From the IMG/VR virus record IMGVR_UViG_3300038393_001696: DNA of 64,000 nt; one strand, 5' to 3'. The translations under genes were made by a program, and so were the position numbers. The stretch comes from an uncultured virus (IMG/VR IMGVR_UViG_3300038393_001696) (lineage: Duplodnaviria; Heunggongvirae; Uroviricota; Caudoviricetes). The notes under the pieces are model-generated. The model did not search any database, was not told the origin of the DNA, and was given only the letters and a program-made list of their open reading frames with translations. The number at the start of each line of letters is the position of its first letter. Within the stretch, counting starts at the first letter, position 1. Shown here in pieces: positions 36,707 through 46,221 of the stretch.

Positions 36707-37629
36707 TTGAACAGCCCCACTACTTGGCCACCGCTGGAGCGGGTATAGACGTTGGACGCGCTGGTGTCGGCGGTCGCCGGCAGCGCGCCGTAGGTCGCGC
36801 CCTTGTCGAACATCAGCTGGTCCCGTCCGCCGCCAGCCCCCGTGCTGAGCAGCCCGTGGCCGAAGTGCGACAAGCGGCGCAGCGAGATCGCGGCGCTCGC
36901 TTGCAGGCACAGCCACGGAAACCCCGCGGGCATCCCGAACGGCGTGGCTGGCGTGACCGCGCGCAAGCCGGTCGCCGAGGTATCGATCTGCGCCGCCGCG
37001 GTGAATTCGGTCAGCAGGTTGCCGGGGCCACCCGAGCTCTGGTCGGTGTCGTAGATGCCCATGCGCAGCGTGGAGGACGCCACCGCCGTGGTCACATCGA
37101 CAGCCACCTGCACGATCGGCTTGCCATACACGTACTCGATCGGGATATACAGGCGGGCGCCGGCCGACATCGCGAACACCCCCGAGGCGCTGTCATAGGT
37201 GACGCGGGTATTGAACGGCTGCCAGATGTCGGAACTGGACGAGGTGACGTTGAACGTGGCGGGCAGCGCGGCCTTCTGGGTGTTCGCGCCGCCGCCGAAG
37301 GTGATCACGATGTTCGCCGCCGTCGCGCCGAAACTCAGCGCGCTCGGGTTCGACTTGTTGTAGCTGCCGCCGGCCACCCAGGTCTTGAGCACCGTGGTGC
37401 GGGTCAGCACGTTGGTCGCCAGGTTCAGCACGCCGAGCCCGGATTCCTCGCGCACCAGCGTGGCCAGCGTGGCATCGCTGTACTCGGCGATCTGGTATTC
37501 CACAACCAGAGAGCCCGACGTGCCAAAGGCGTCGATCGGCTGCGGATAGCCGTCGCCCCGACTGGCCAGCGTGAATGCGCCCGGGCCGCCGGTGCCGTTA
37601 TGGGTGCAGCGCAGTCCGTCGGCGAACAT
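36703..37629 (-). CDS. Putative head fibre / decoration protein
   Basis: Between capsid and connector; E.GLG....TLTRTTVL N-terminal motif. Confidence 0.5.
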   Translation of the reverse strand: MFADGLRCTHNGTGGPGAFTLASRGDGYPQPIDAFGTSGSLVVEYQIAEYSDATLATLVREESGLGVLNLATNVLTRTTVLKTWVAGGSYNKSNPSALSFGATAANIVITFGGGANTQKAALPATFNVTSSSSDIWQPFNTRVTYDSASGVFAMSAGARLYIPIEYVYGKPIVQVAVDVTTAVASSTLRMGIYDTDQSSGGPGNLLTEFTAAAQIDTSATGLRAVTPATPFGMPAGFPWLCLQASAAISLRRLSHFGHGLLSTGAGGGRDQLMFDKGATYGALPATADTSASNVYTRSSGGQVVGLFK

Positions 37630-37632
37630 GCG

Positions 37633-38049
37633 TCAGCCCACCGTCAGCGCGCCATTGGCCTGGTCGAGGTCGACCAGCAGCGACTCACCATCGTTCAGCG
37701 TGATCGAGGCGCCGTAGTCCCACAGGCCGATCAGGTCGCCATTGGTCGCGGTGGCGTTGGCCAGCACGACATAGCGGAACGGGCCGACTGTGCCGCCAGA
37801 CGCAGCCAGCGTCAGGTCGGCCAGCACGCACTTGTAGGTGCCGCCGCTTTGCGAGGCCGAGCTGCGCGTTAGGTTGCGCGTCGAGCAGTGCGAATAGTCG
37901 GCGATCTGGGTGATGTCGGCGGTGACCGCGTTGGTCGCCACCGCCGGCGCGGTGTTGGTGAGCAGCAGCACCAACTGGTCGGCGCTGAGGTTGTGCTTCT
38001 TTTCGGCCAGCGCTTGGGCGTAGGCGTTGAATCGTTGGAATGCAGCCAT
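37633..38049 (-). CDS. Putative virion structural protein
   Basis: [23 protein letters not shown]. Confidence 0.55.
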   Translation of the reverse strand: MAAFQRFNAYAQALAEKKHNLSADQLVLLLTNTAPAVATNAVTADITQIADYSHCSTRNLTRSSASQSGGTYKCVLADLTLAASGGTVGPFRYVVLANATATNGDLIGLWDYGASITLNDGESLLVDLDQANGALTVG

Positions 38050-38242
38050 GGGCTAGCCTTTCTTGTCACGTGACTGCGCAAGCCGCGCGCGCAGCTGGTC
38101 ATCTGTTTTGCCGACGACGTCGGCGGGGAGGATGGCGACCGGGCCGCGCGCGCCGCAGACCGTGCCCACCACGGCGTGCGGGTCGCGCGCCCACGCGCGC
38201 AGCGCGGCGAGCGTGGCGGCGGGGCCGGGCGCCATCGGTGGA

Positions 38243-38530
38243 TTACCTGTTACGCTGGCCACGGGCCGGCTTTGCGGCCGGCGGCTCTGCCGATTGCTCT
38301 CCAACGGGCTCGCCAGCCGGTTCGCCGCCTTCATCGGACACCGCATGGGCGGCTGCGCCAGAGTCAGCAGTCTCCGTAACATTCGATTCCGCCTCGACCA
38401 CCAGGCCGTTCGCCTTCAGGTCGGCGAAGCGCTGGCGCGACACCTGGAAGGGCGCGCTGTCCGGGTTCTTGAAACCCTCTTCGCCGTGGAACGTCTTGAC
38501 GGCACGCGCCATCACTTCGTTTTCTTGCAT
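38243..38530 (-). CDS. Small acidic protein after the capsid gene
   Basis: AGGAG RBS; LKANGLV motif. Confidence 0.55.
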   Translation of the reverse strand: MQENEVMARAVKTFHGEEGFKNPDSAPFQVSRQRFADLKANGLVVEAESNVTETADSGAAAHAVSDEGGEPAGEPVGEQSAEPPAAKPARGQRNR

Positions 38531-38581
38531 GGATTCTCCTTATCAAAAGGGCCGCGAGCAGCGGCCCTCCTGCTGGGTCGA

Positions 38582-39766
38582 TTACAGCGAGCCGGTAACG
38601 AAGGCTTCCGGCCGGTAGACTGCCAGCGCGGCGCGCTCTTCCGCGCGGATCGTGCACATGCCCTTTTCGAAGTCGTCCACGTTCTCGGTGGACAACAGCA
38701 CCTCGATCTCCTGGCGGTCGAACACCTGGGCGCCGAGGTTGAAGGCGCCGGTCAGGAAGGTGCTGGCCGTCATTGCCTGGGTCTCGACCACCGGCAGGCC
38801 CCACAGCCGCGGGGTCGAGCCGTTGACCGGCGAACCGACGATGTAGCGCCCTTGCTCGTCCTTGGTGAGCTCGATGCCGGTCCAGTCGATCGGGTTCAGG
38901 ACGAAGCCGGACGACGGGTACTCGGCCAGGATCACCTGCAGCAGCGCCAGGCGCAGCTTGTCGATCGCGGTCGGCGCGGTCAGCGTGATCGCGGCGGCAT
39001 AGGCACTGGCCTGCGGCACAATGCCGAGGATGTTGGCGCCGGTGCCGTCACCGAACAGGAACTGCAGTTCCTCGCGGTAGCGCAGGCCGTACTGCGCGCG
39101 GCCGTCGATGTAGCTGGCCAGGCCCTTGGCATCGTCGAGCAGCTGGCGCGAGGCCTTGAAGATGTGCGAGATGGTGCGAACCGGCGCGGTCTTCAGGTCG
39201 AAGATCAGGTTCGACTTGGCCATCGCCGCGCCTTCGGCGCGCGGCGCGGCGTTGTTGGTGAAGCCGGTCTCGCGCACGAACTCGATCGAGTTGGTGTCGG
39301 TCTGCCCGGGCATGACCAGGTCGCGGATGGTCATCTTGCGCTCCGGCGAGGCGATGATGCCCGGCTGGCGGTCGCCCAGGACCAGCGAGTTCGACGCGCT
39401 GACGCCGGTGCCGACGGTGGCGCTCACGTTCAGCAGGTCCTTGCGCTCCATCGAGACGCGCATCGACTTCTGCGCCGAGCTGTCCATGGCCTTGAAGCCA
39501 TCGCTCTCGACCACGCGCTGGCCGATGGACTTGCGCTCGGCCGACTCGCCCTCGCCCGGGCGGCGCGCCATCTTCTGCTCGACCTCGGCCAGGCGCTGTT
39601 TCAGCTCGCCGTGCTGGACCAGCAGCTCGTCGACCTTTTCCTTCGATTTTTCGGCCATGTCGCCGGTTTTCTTGGCCTCGGCCAGCGCCTTTTCGCCGGC
39701 TTCCTTGACTTGCTGGGTGATCTTGTCGAGCGCCTGCTTGATATCGTTTTCGGTGTTGTCAGCCAT
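38582..39766 (-). CDS. HK97-family major capsid protein
   Basis: Coiled-coil delta domain; ASRQLLDD, GDGTG, LWGLPVV, IRAEERAALAVYRPEAF. Confidence 0.95.
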   Translation of the reverse strand: MADNTENDIKQALDKITQQVKEAGEKALAEAKKTGDMAEKSKEKVDELLVQHGELKQRLAEVEQKMARRPGEGESAERKSIGQRVVESDGFKAMDSSAQKSMRVSMERKDLLNVSATVGTGVSASNSLVLGDRQPGIIASPERKMTIRDLVMPGQTDTNSIEFVRETGFTNNAAPRAEGAAMAKSNLIFDLKTAPVRTISHIFKASRQLLDDAKGLASYIDGRAQYGLRYREELQFLFGDGTGANILGIVPQASAYAAAITLTAPTAIDKLRLALLQVILAEYPSSGFVLNPIDWTGIELTKDEQGRYIVGSPVNGSTPRLWGLPVVETQAMTASTFLTGAFNLGAQVFDRQEIEVLLSTENVDDFEKGMCTIRAEERAALAVYRPEAFVTGSL

Positions 39767-39829
39767 TTACAGCTCCATAAAATGAAAAAACCCGCTCGCA
39801 AGCGGGTCCGGTGTGGGTCAGTGACGGGG

Positions 39830-40510
39830 TTACTGCAAGCTGAAGTCCTGCAACAGCTTCAGCGCATCGCTGGTGTCGCCATCGGCCTCACGCCGATCAA
39901 GCAGTTTGCGCAGGCCGTTACCAGCGACGGCTTTGGCCTGCGTTTTCGAGAACCCTGCCTCGCACAGGAAGTTCTCGAATTCGGGCAGCGTCGGCAGATC
40001 GCCGGCCTTGAGCGTGCGCTCGATCGACTTGACGCTATCGATCGTCGCCTCCTCGTTCATCGGGAAGGTCACGATGCTGATCTCGACCAGCTCCAGTTCG
40101 ATCAGGGTGCGGATACCCTCTTTTTCGTTCCAGCTGTCCTTCAGCACGTAGTAACCGATCGACAGGCCCTTGACGATCCGGCGCTTCATCAGCGCGTAGG
40201 CTTCGGCGGCCCGGGTCACGTCGTCCTTCAGCAGGAAACCGCCGACCTTCAGGCCGTGATCGTCCTCTTCGAGCAAGTCGAAGCCGCCGATCGGCTCGCG
40301 GTAGTTGTGCTGCCACAGCGCGGGCAGCGGATCGCCGGCGGCCTTGATGCGTTTCAGGCTGTCGGTGAAGGCGCCCTTGGCCACGATGTCGCGCCCGCCG
40401 TCGACGTTACCGAACACCGAGCCGTAGCCGGTGAAGGTGCCGTCGTCGGCCGCGTCGGCCTTGAATGCGAACTCCTTGCGCTCCAGGACAGCGCCGCTTT
40501 TATGCTTCAT
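39830..40510 (-). CDS. HK97 prohead protease
   Basis: FTGYGSVFG, LWQH, GLSIGY, EISIVTFPMN. Confidence 0.93.
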   Translation of the reverse strand: MKHKSGAVLERKEFAFKADAADDGTFTGYGSVFGNVDGGRDIVAKGAFTDSLKRIKAAGDPLPALWQHNYREPIGGFDLLEEDDHGLKVGGFLLKDDVTRAAEAYALMKRRIVKGLSIGYYVLKDSWNEKEGIRTLIELELVEISIVTFPMNEEATIDSVKSIERTLKAGDLPTLPEFENFLCEAGFSKTQAKAVAGNGLRKLLDRREADGDTSDALKLLQDFSLQ

Positions 40511-41810
40511 GCTTGAATTCTCCGTCTTGTTTCAGGCCGAGCCAGTCGAGTACCGCGTTCTTCGCGGCGGTGGCGGTCGAGGTGATCTTGCCCAGCATGG
40601 ACAAGGGGATCAGGTTGCTCTGGACGGTCAACTCGTCGCCGCCGTCCATGCGCGGGAGGTTTTCCAGTTGGCGCACCTCGTTGCGGGTGTAGATGCCGTT
40701 CTGGGTCATGATCGAGTAGAACTGGGCGCGCGCGGCGCTGTCGGCGCGCAGCAGGCCCTCGACGCCGAATTCGCCGAAAAAGCGCCCTTTTTCGCCCGGC
40801 GCAAGCGCCGATTTACGCACCGCACTCTCGACCTTTGACAGGATCGGGCGCAACGCGAAGGTCAGGAAAGCGATCATCTGCTGCTCGATGCCGGTTCCCC
40901 AGTTCGACACCGCGCCGCCATGGCCGACCATCGATGGCGGCACCCGGAACCAGCGGCAGATTTCCTCGACGGAGAACTGGCGGCTCTCCAGCATCTGCGA
41001 GTCGGTCGGGTTCATCGTCAATTGCTGGTAGTCGGCGTCGTTTTCCAGCACCATCGCGGTGCCGGCGTCCGGGCCGCCCGCGGTATAGGCCCTGAGGCGG
41101 GCGCCCAGCTTCTCGCGCTGCTCCTTGCTGAGCGTGCCCTTCACCTTCAGGAAGCCAGCGGCGCGCATCCCGGTGCTGTATACCTTGGCGCTGGCGTCAT
41201 CGACCGCTCGCGCCGAGCCGAACACCCGGGCGCCGTACGACATCGGGGTCAGGCCGTTGACGCCGTCCAGGCTGAAGGCCGGGATGTTGATCAGGTCGTC
41301 CTCAGGGATCAGCCGCAGCGTGCCGTCGAGGTCGTGGTATTTGTATTCCATCGAGCCGTCGCTCAGGCGGCGCTTGCGGATCCGCTGCGGCAGCAGGAAA
41401 TTGAGCGCCACCACGCGCTTGCCGATACGCGCCTTCTCGATGTAGGCGTTGCCCCACAGGAGCATGCTGGCGATGACCGCCTCCCAGAACTGCACCGCCG
41501 TCATGTCGGCGTTCGGCTGGTTGTGCAGCAGCTCGTACAGCGGGTGGTCGGTGGCGGGGCGCCGCGAACCGTCCGGCAGCCGCTCGTAAAAGCCAAACGG
41601 CAGGGTCGAAATGGTCTCCGCGATCAGTCTCACGCAAGCCCACACGGTGGACAGCTGCAGCGCGGCGTGCACCGTGACCGGCTTGCCGCCGCCACCTGCG
41701 CCTGCATAGGCCGCCCAGAACTCGCCATCGGTGAGCGAAATCGGCTGGCCGAGCCATTTCAGCACGGCCGATTTGAAGCGGCCGGGCGGTTTGTTCTTGG
41801 TTTCGGTCAT
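40500..41810 (-). CDS. HK97-family portal protein
   Basis: VWACVRLIAE, PN..MT...FWE, GNAY, EICRWFRVPP, TRNEVR..ENLP. Confidence 0.95.
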   Translation of the reverse strand: MTETKNKPPGRFKSAVLKWLGQPISLTDGEFWAAYAGAGGGGKPVTVHAALQLSTVWACVRLIAETISTLPFGFYERLPDGSRRPATDHPLYELLHNQPNADMTAVQFWEAVIASMLLWGNAYIEKARIGKRVVALNFLLPQRIRKRRLSDGSMEYKYHDLDGTLRLIPEDDLINIPAFSLDGVNGLTPMSYGARVFGSARAVDDASAKVYSTGMRAAGFLKVKGTLSKEQREKLGARLRAYTAGGPDAGTAMVLENDADYQQLTMNPTDSQMLESRQFSVEEICRWFRVPPSMVGHGGAVSNWGTGIEQQMIAFLTFALRPILSKVESAVRKSALAPGEKGRFFGEFGVEGLLRADSAARAQFYSIMTQNGIYTRNEVRQLENLPRMDGGDELTVQSNLIPLSMLGKITSTATAAKNAVLDWLGLKQDGEFKHEA

Positions 41811-41820
41811 GTGAGTCCAG

Positions 41821-43488
41821 TTAGCCGACGAGGATGTCATCCACCCAGTCGTTGTTGGCGGCGGGGGCTGGATTGAGCGCCATCAGCGAGACGGCGTTGA
41901 GCATCGCCATCAGCGGGTCGATCTTGGCCGAGCCGGAGGCCTGCTTGGTGATCACGATGGCGTTGCCCTTCGGTTCGACCTTGGCGTTGCCGACGCACCA
42001 GGCCATCAGTGGCCGGCCGCCGTGCACCAGCACGCCCTCGGCCAGCTTGCGCTCGGCGGTCTTGATCGCGCCGCTCAGCTTCCAGCCCTGCGAGATGCCG
42101 ACGATCTTGTCTTCCGGGACGCCTGCTTCGAGCAGCGCGTCGAGGATCGCGCCGAGGCCGGCCGGATCGACACCGATCTTGTCGAGCTTGCCGGACTGTT
42201 CCAACGTAGCGAAGATGGCGGCCACCTCGGCGACGTCGTCGCCGATGCGCTCGACCAGCACCAGGTCGCCGTCGCGGGCGAAGTCGTGCAGGCGCGGCGC
42301 GATGTCCTTGCGCCGCTCCAGCACCGAGGGGTGGGCCCAGGCGCGGCACCACGCCAGCCATTCGCGGGTGGTGGCGCAGCGCCCGAGCGCCGAGGCGCCG
42401 AGCAGGTCGTCGAGGCCGCCGCCGTCGATGCCGCCGGTGACCACCTCGCAGCGAGCGATCAGCTCGTCCAGGCTGAACACCGGGCGCGCCTGCTGTTCCC
42501 AGAAGCCGGCGCCGGCCCAGCGATCCGAGCGCAGCGCCAGGCCGATCTCGACGTTCAGGTGCTTGGCGAGGAAGCCGCGCAGCGATTCCTCGCCGGCGCT
42601 CTGGGCCTTGGCCAGCTCGCGCTCGAGGTAGGCGCGGTCGACCGAGTAGTTCAGGTTCGGGTTGACGATGCCGAAGTGTTCCGGCTGGAGGTAGGCCTTG
42701 GCGACCACCATGTCCGGCGGGAACTCGTAGATGACCGGCAGGAAGTGGCGGTCATCGATCACACCGTCGCGCACGTCGCGCGCGTACTGCAGGTCCTGGC
42801 GGAAGATGCCGGCCGGCGGCTCGTCCGACTGGGTGCTGAGCTTGATGACGATGCCCTCGGGCCGCGCCGCCAGACCGCCGGTCGCCTCGCGGAACATGTT
42901 CTCCGCGTTGTGGCGCTTACCGAAGATCCACTCCTCGTCGATCAGGATCCAGCTGGCCTTCTTGCCGCCGACCGTGTCATTGTCGGCGGCGACCACCTTC
43001 AGCGTGGCGCCGTTGTTGCGGTCGGTGATCGTACGGACGTGGTCCTGCACGTGGAACATCTTGTCCAGCTCGTCGTCGGCCTTGATCATGTCGCGCGCCG
43101 GCGCAAACGCGTTGTTGGCGATCTCGATGGTCGGCGCCAGGATGATCAGCTCGGCCGAGGCGCGCCAGTTCAGGATCAGCGCGGTGACCATGATGCCGGC
43201 GGCGATCGTGCTCTTCGAATTCTTCTTCGGGATCGCCAGGAAGGCTTCCTTGATCAGGCGCCGGCCGCTGTCGGCGTCGTAGGCGCCGAAGATGGCGCCT
43301 ACGAAGTCAAACACCCACGGGGCGCAGGCCTCGCCGAAAGTCGGGCTGCCGGGCGCATCGACGATGCGCAACAGCTTGAAGGTGGCGACCGCCTCGGCGG
43401 CCTGATCCGGGAAGATCGGCGGCGGGATAATGGATTGGCCCTGTTTCAGCCTGTCGGCCCAATCCGGACAGGCTGTGGTCCATTCCAT
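41821..43488 (-). CDS. terL: Terminase large subunit
   Basis: IPKKNSKS Walker A, ILIDE Walker B, GIDGGGLDDL, KIDPLMA. Confidence 0.95.
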   Translation of the reverse strand: MEWTTACPDWADRLKQGQSIIPPPIFPDQAAEAVATFKLLRIVDAPGSPTFGEACAPWVFDFVGAIFGAYDADSGRRLIKEAFLAIPKKNSKSTIAAGIMVTALILNWRASAELIILAPTIEIANNAFAPARDMIKADDELDKMFHVQDHVRTITDRNNGATLKVVAADNDTVGGKKASWILIDEEWIFGKRHNAENMFREATGGLAARPEGIVIKLSTQSDEPPAGIFRQDLQYARDVRDGVIDDRHFLPVIYEFPPDMVVAKAYLQPEHFGIVNPNLNYSVDRAYLERELAKAQSAGEESLRGFLAKHLNVEIGLALRSDRWAGAGFWEQQARPVFSLDELIARCEVVTGGIDGGGLDDLLGASALGRCATTREWLAWCRAWAHPSVLERRKDIAPRLHDFARDGDLVLVERIGDDVAEVAAIFATLEQSGKLDKIGVDPAGLGAILDALLEAGVPEDKIVGISQGWKLSGAIKTAERKLAEGVLVHGGRPLMAWCVGNAKVEPKGNAIVITKQASGSAKIDPLMAMLNAVSLMALNPAPAANNDWVDDILVG

Positions 43489-43499
43489 GCGCGCGTCCT

Positions 43500-44000
43500 T
43501 TACTTCACTGCCCGCAGTTGGCCAGGTGCAGGGGTACGGCCAAACTTGCTACCGGCCTCCTTGGCCTGCTCGGCCTGTTGCTCCTTCTTGCCGCCCTCGC
43601 CCTTTTTCGGGTGCACGAACGGCATCAGCGCCTTGGCCGCTTCGATGCGCTGTTTCGGATCGAGCTCGTTGTCATTCATCGCGGCGAGCAGGAACGCCTT
43701 CGGGTCGGAGTGCAGCAACGCCGCATTCAGGTCGAACGTCGGCTTCGGCGGAGGCGGTAGCGCCGTCTTCGGCGCCGTCGCCGCACCGGCGCGCTTGCGC
43801 TGCTTGGGAGCGGCGGCGGCCTCGGTGGCTGCTTTCTTGCGGCGGTCGATATATGCCACGACGTCCTTGTCCCTCGCCAGACGCGAGCCGGCTGGCCCGG
43901 CAGTCTTGGCGCTATACCCAGCGTGGATCGCCGCTTCCTTGTTCGATAGCCCGGCCAGAACGGCATCCGCGAAGGCTCGCTTGTTGCCCGTTAAAGCCAT
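43500..44000 (-). CDS. terS: Terminase small subunit
   Basis: EAAIHAGYSAKTA HTH; directly upstream of terL. Confidence 0.85.
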   Translation of the reverse strand: MALTGNKRAFADAVLAGLSNKEAAIHAGYSAKTAGPAGSRLARDKDVVAYIDRRKKAATEAAAAPKQRKRAGAATAPKTALPPPPKPTFDLNAALLHSDPKAFLLAAMNDNELDPKQRIEAAKALMPFVHPKKGEGGKKEQQAEQAKEAGSKFGRTPAPGQLRAVK

Positions 44001-44086
44001 TAACAATTCCTCCAGGGGAGATTTATTCTGTGCGTGCGGAACCTGTCGGTGTCCGGGGACAAAAGGCCCCAGACTTTCACCCCGCC

Positions 44087-44413
44087 CTACCCCTGCGGCA
44101 GCTCGCCACGGGCGCGCAACGCGGCCTCAGAGGCCGTCTTGGCGTCGTGGCAGGGGTTGCAGAGCAACCATTTGTTGGCGTCGTCGTCGGAGCCTCCGGC
44201 CCACAGCGGGACCTTGTGGTCAACGACGTCGCCCAGCGTGACCTTGCCGTCCAGTCGGCACCGCTGGCACAGGCCGCAGTCGCGCTCCTTAATGCGCTGC
44301 CGGTCGCGCACCCCTGCGCTGCCGCGCTTGCGCTCGACCGTGGAGGCCGGAAGCGACTGCAGGCGGGACAGGCTGGCGACTTGGACGCGCGGCTTCAGCG
44401 TCCGGAGCTTCAT
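44087..44413 (-). CDS. Packaging-associated HNH endonuclease
   Basis: RDCGLCQRC, VDHKVPL..GG, N...LC.PCH..KT; next to terS. Confidence 0.88.
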   Translation of the reverse strand: MKLRTLKPRVQVASLSRLQSLPASTVERKRGSAGVRDRQRIKERDCGLCQRCRLDGKVTLGDVVDHKVPLWAGGSDDDANKWLLCNPCHDAKTASEAALRARGELPQG

Positions 44414-44598
44414 TTCTTCAGCGGCACCTGGCGGACAATCACGTCGATCGGCGCACGCGCAGGCCCGTAACCCTTCTGGATCAGGAGCTCCTTGGCTTTC
44501 TCGTTCTCGGCCAGCACAGCGCACATCGAATCAAGTAGCTCTTCGTTCCGGCCGCGGATTGCGCGGTCAAGCATCGCGCGGTAGTGGGATGGCTTCAT
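44410..44598 (-). CDS. Hypothetical protein
   Basis: Coupled ORF in the late operon. Confidence 0.5.
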   Translation of the reverse strand: MKPSHYRAMLDRAIRGRNEELLDSMCAVLAENEKAKELLIQKGYGPARAPIDVIVRQVPLKK

Positions 44599-45090
44599 GC
44601 GGCGTCTCTTACATACACGGCGCGCCGGACCCACGCCTCGGTCTGCGCTTCACTGGGTTTCCAGCCGGTCCAACGGTTCGCGATGATCAGCATTCCAACC
44701 ACCCACTTGAACCACCAGCGCACCCCAACGGTCACACGGATCGATGCCATCGCGCACCTCGAAAAAGAAAACCGCCGGCGCATTCGCTGCTGCCGGCGGC
44801 AAAGTCCAACCATGCTGTTGGAGGAGACTCGGATTGATCGGTGAAACTCGCGGCCCAATGAGAAAAGCCCGCCAACCTTGCGGCTGCGGGCTTGGTAGCT
44901 CACCATGCTATCTGCGTGGTGAGCAAAACGATTTTTGCAGGCGAGCGGCGGCTGTAACGCGGGTCGGGGTGTTCGCCTGCTCCGGTGAGCGGTGCCGCCT
45001 AAGCGATCATTACGCGGGCCGGAGGAAATGTGGTTGATGACGGTAGTCTACATACTATTGCCCGCGCGCTCAACAGTGCGCTGCAAATTT

Positions 45091-45522
45091 TTATCCCGGT
45101 CGCGCCAGTCGATCTTCCGGCCATCGATACGGCTCCGTCGCTGCAGCGCGCCGCGTCTTCTCGTGCGCCTCGCCCCAGCCACTCATTGCGGCTTGCAGGC
45201 CATCGATGTCCGCAGAAGCTTGCTCGATCGCGAGCTCGTAGAAACGCTCCACCCACATGTGGTCGAACAGCGTCCGCCCGACCGGCGTGCCGTACCTCAT
45301 TGGCTCCGGCCTGGCGGGATCGAGCACGACCACATCCACCTCGAGCTTGCGCTGCCGCAGCTCGCGGCGCAGCCGCTCGGCCTCACGCCCATCGAGCGTC
45401 ACGATACGGTCACCATCCTTCAGGCTATTTAGAAGCGATGTCGTACGGCCGGTGCGCCGCGCGCACGTGAAGCAAATCCGGGCAGCCCCTTTGAGTGCAG
45501 CACCGATGCCAAAGTGATCCAT
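45091..45522 (-). CDS. Hypothetical protein with a P-loop-like motif
   Basis: ARRTGRTT; GAGG RBS. Confidence 0.5.
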   Translation of the reverse strand: MDHFGIGAALKGAARICFTCARRTGRTTSLLNSLKDGDRIVTLDGREAERLRRELRQRKLEVDVVVLDPARPEPMRYGTPVGRTLFDHMWVERFYELAIEQASADIDGLQAAMSGWGEAHEKTRRAAATEPYRWPEDRLARPG

Positions 45523-45543
45523 GTTATTCCCTCGTACGAACCA

Positions 45544-46092
45544 TCATGCAGCGCGGCGCATCTTCGCCCCCGCGCGCCCGCCGTGCGCCTGGAACAGCCC
45601 TTCCAGCTCGCTGACCATGTCCTTGATGCACTCGACCTCCAGCCGCCCACCCTCGATCGACGCCCGCCCGCTGCCGCCGCACGCCGCGCACACCCGGTGG
45701 TTGTGCATCTTGGTGCCGTGGCAAACATCGCACTCGCCGCCCAGCCAGTGCGCCAGCGAGTGCAGCGCGATCTTCCTGTACATCGCGTGCGCTGCGGCGA
45801 CGTCCCATTCGCTCTTGATCTTCATCCAGCCGCGCGCTCGCCCCCTCTCGATGACGACCGCTTCCCACACCCGCGCCAGCTGCGCCAGGTCGCGCGTGCC
45901 GCTCTCGAAGGTCTTGTGCACGACCCCATTCGCAAACTTGGCGCGCGCCAGCATCGAGCCGACGATGGTGCCGCTGCCGCCGGACAGGTCGGCCAGCGCC
46001 GCCGCCGTCAGCGCGTGGGTGGCCCGGTGGTACTCGTCGTCCTGCAGATTGGACGCATTGAGGGCGGCGACATATTTTTCGACAAACGGCAT
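45544..46092 (-). CDS. Late antitermination Q-like protein
   Basis: CDVCHGT...CAACGGSG zinc finger; upstream of the late genes. Confidence 0.65.
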   Translation of the reverse strand: MPFVEKYVAALNASNLQDDEYHRATHALTAAALADLSGGSGTIVGSMLARAKFANGVVHKTFESGTRDLAQLARVWEAVVIERGRARGWMKIKSEWDVAAAHAMYRKIALHSLAHWLGGECDVCHGTKMHNHRVCAACGGSGRASIEGGRLEVECIKDMVSELEGLFQAHGGRAGAKMRRAA

Positions 46093-46221
46093 GAACTTTC
46101 CTCGACGTAAGGATGGCCGAGCTTAGCATACGCCTACAAATTTTCGCCTGCGCAAACAGTTTCCATCAGCACAAGAAAACGCCGACGGCGATCCGCCCGG
46201 CGCGGGCATATCCGATGACTG

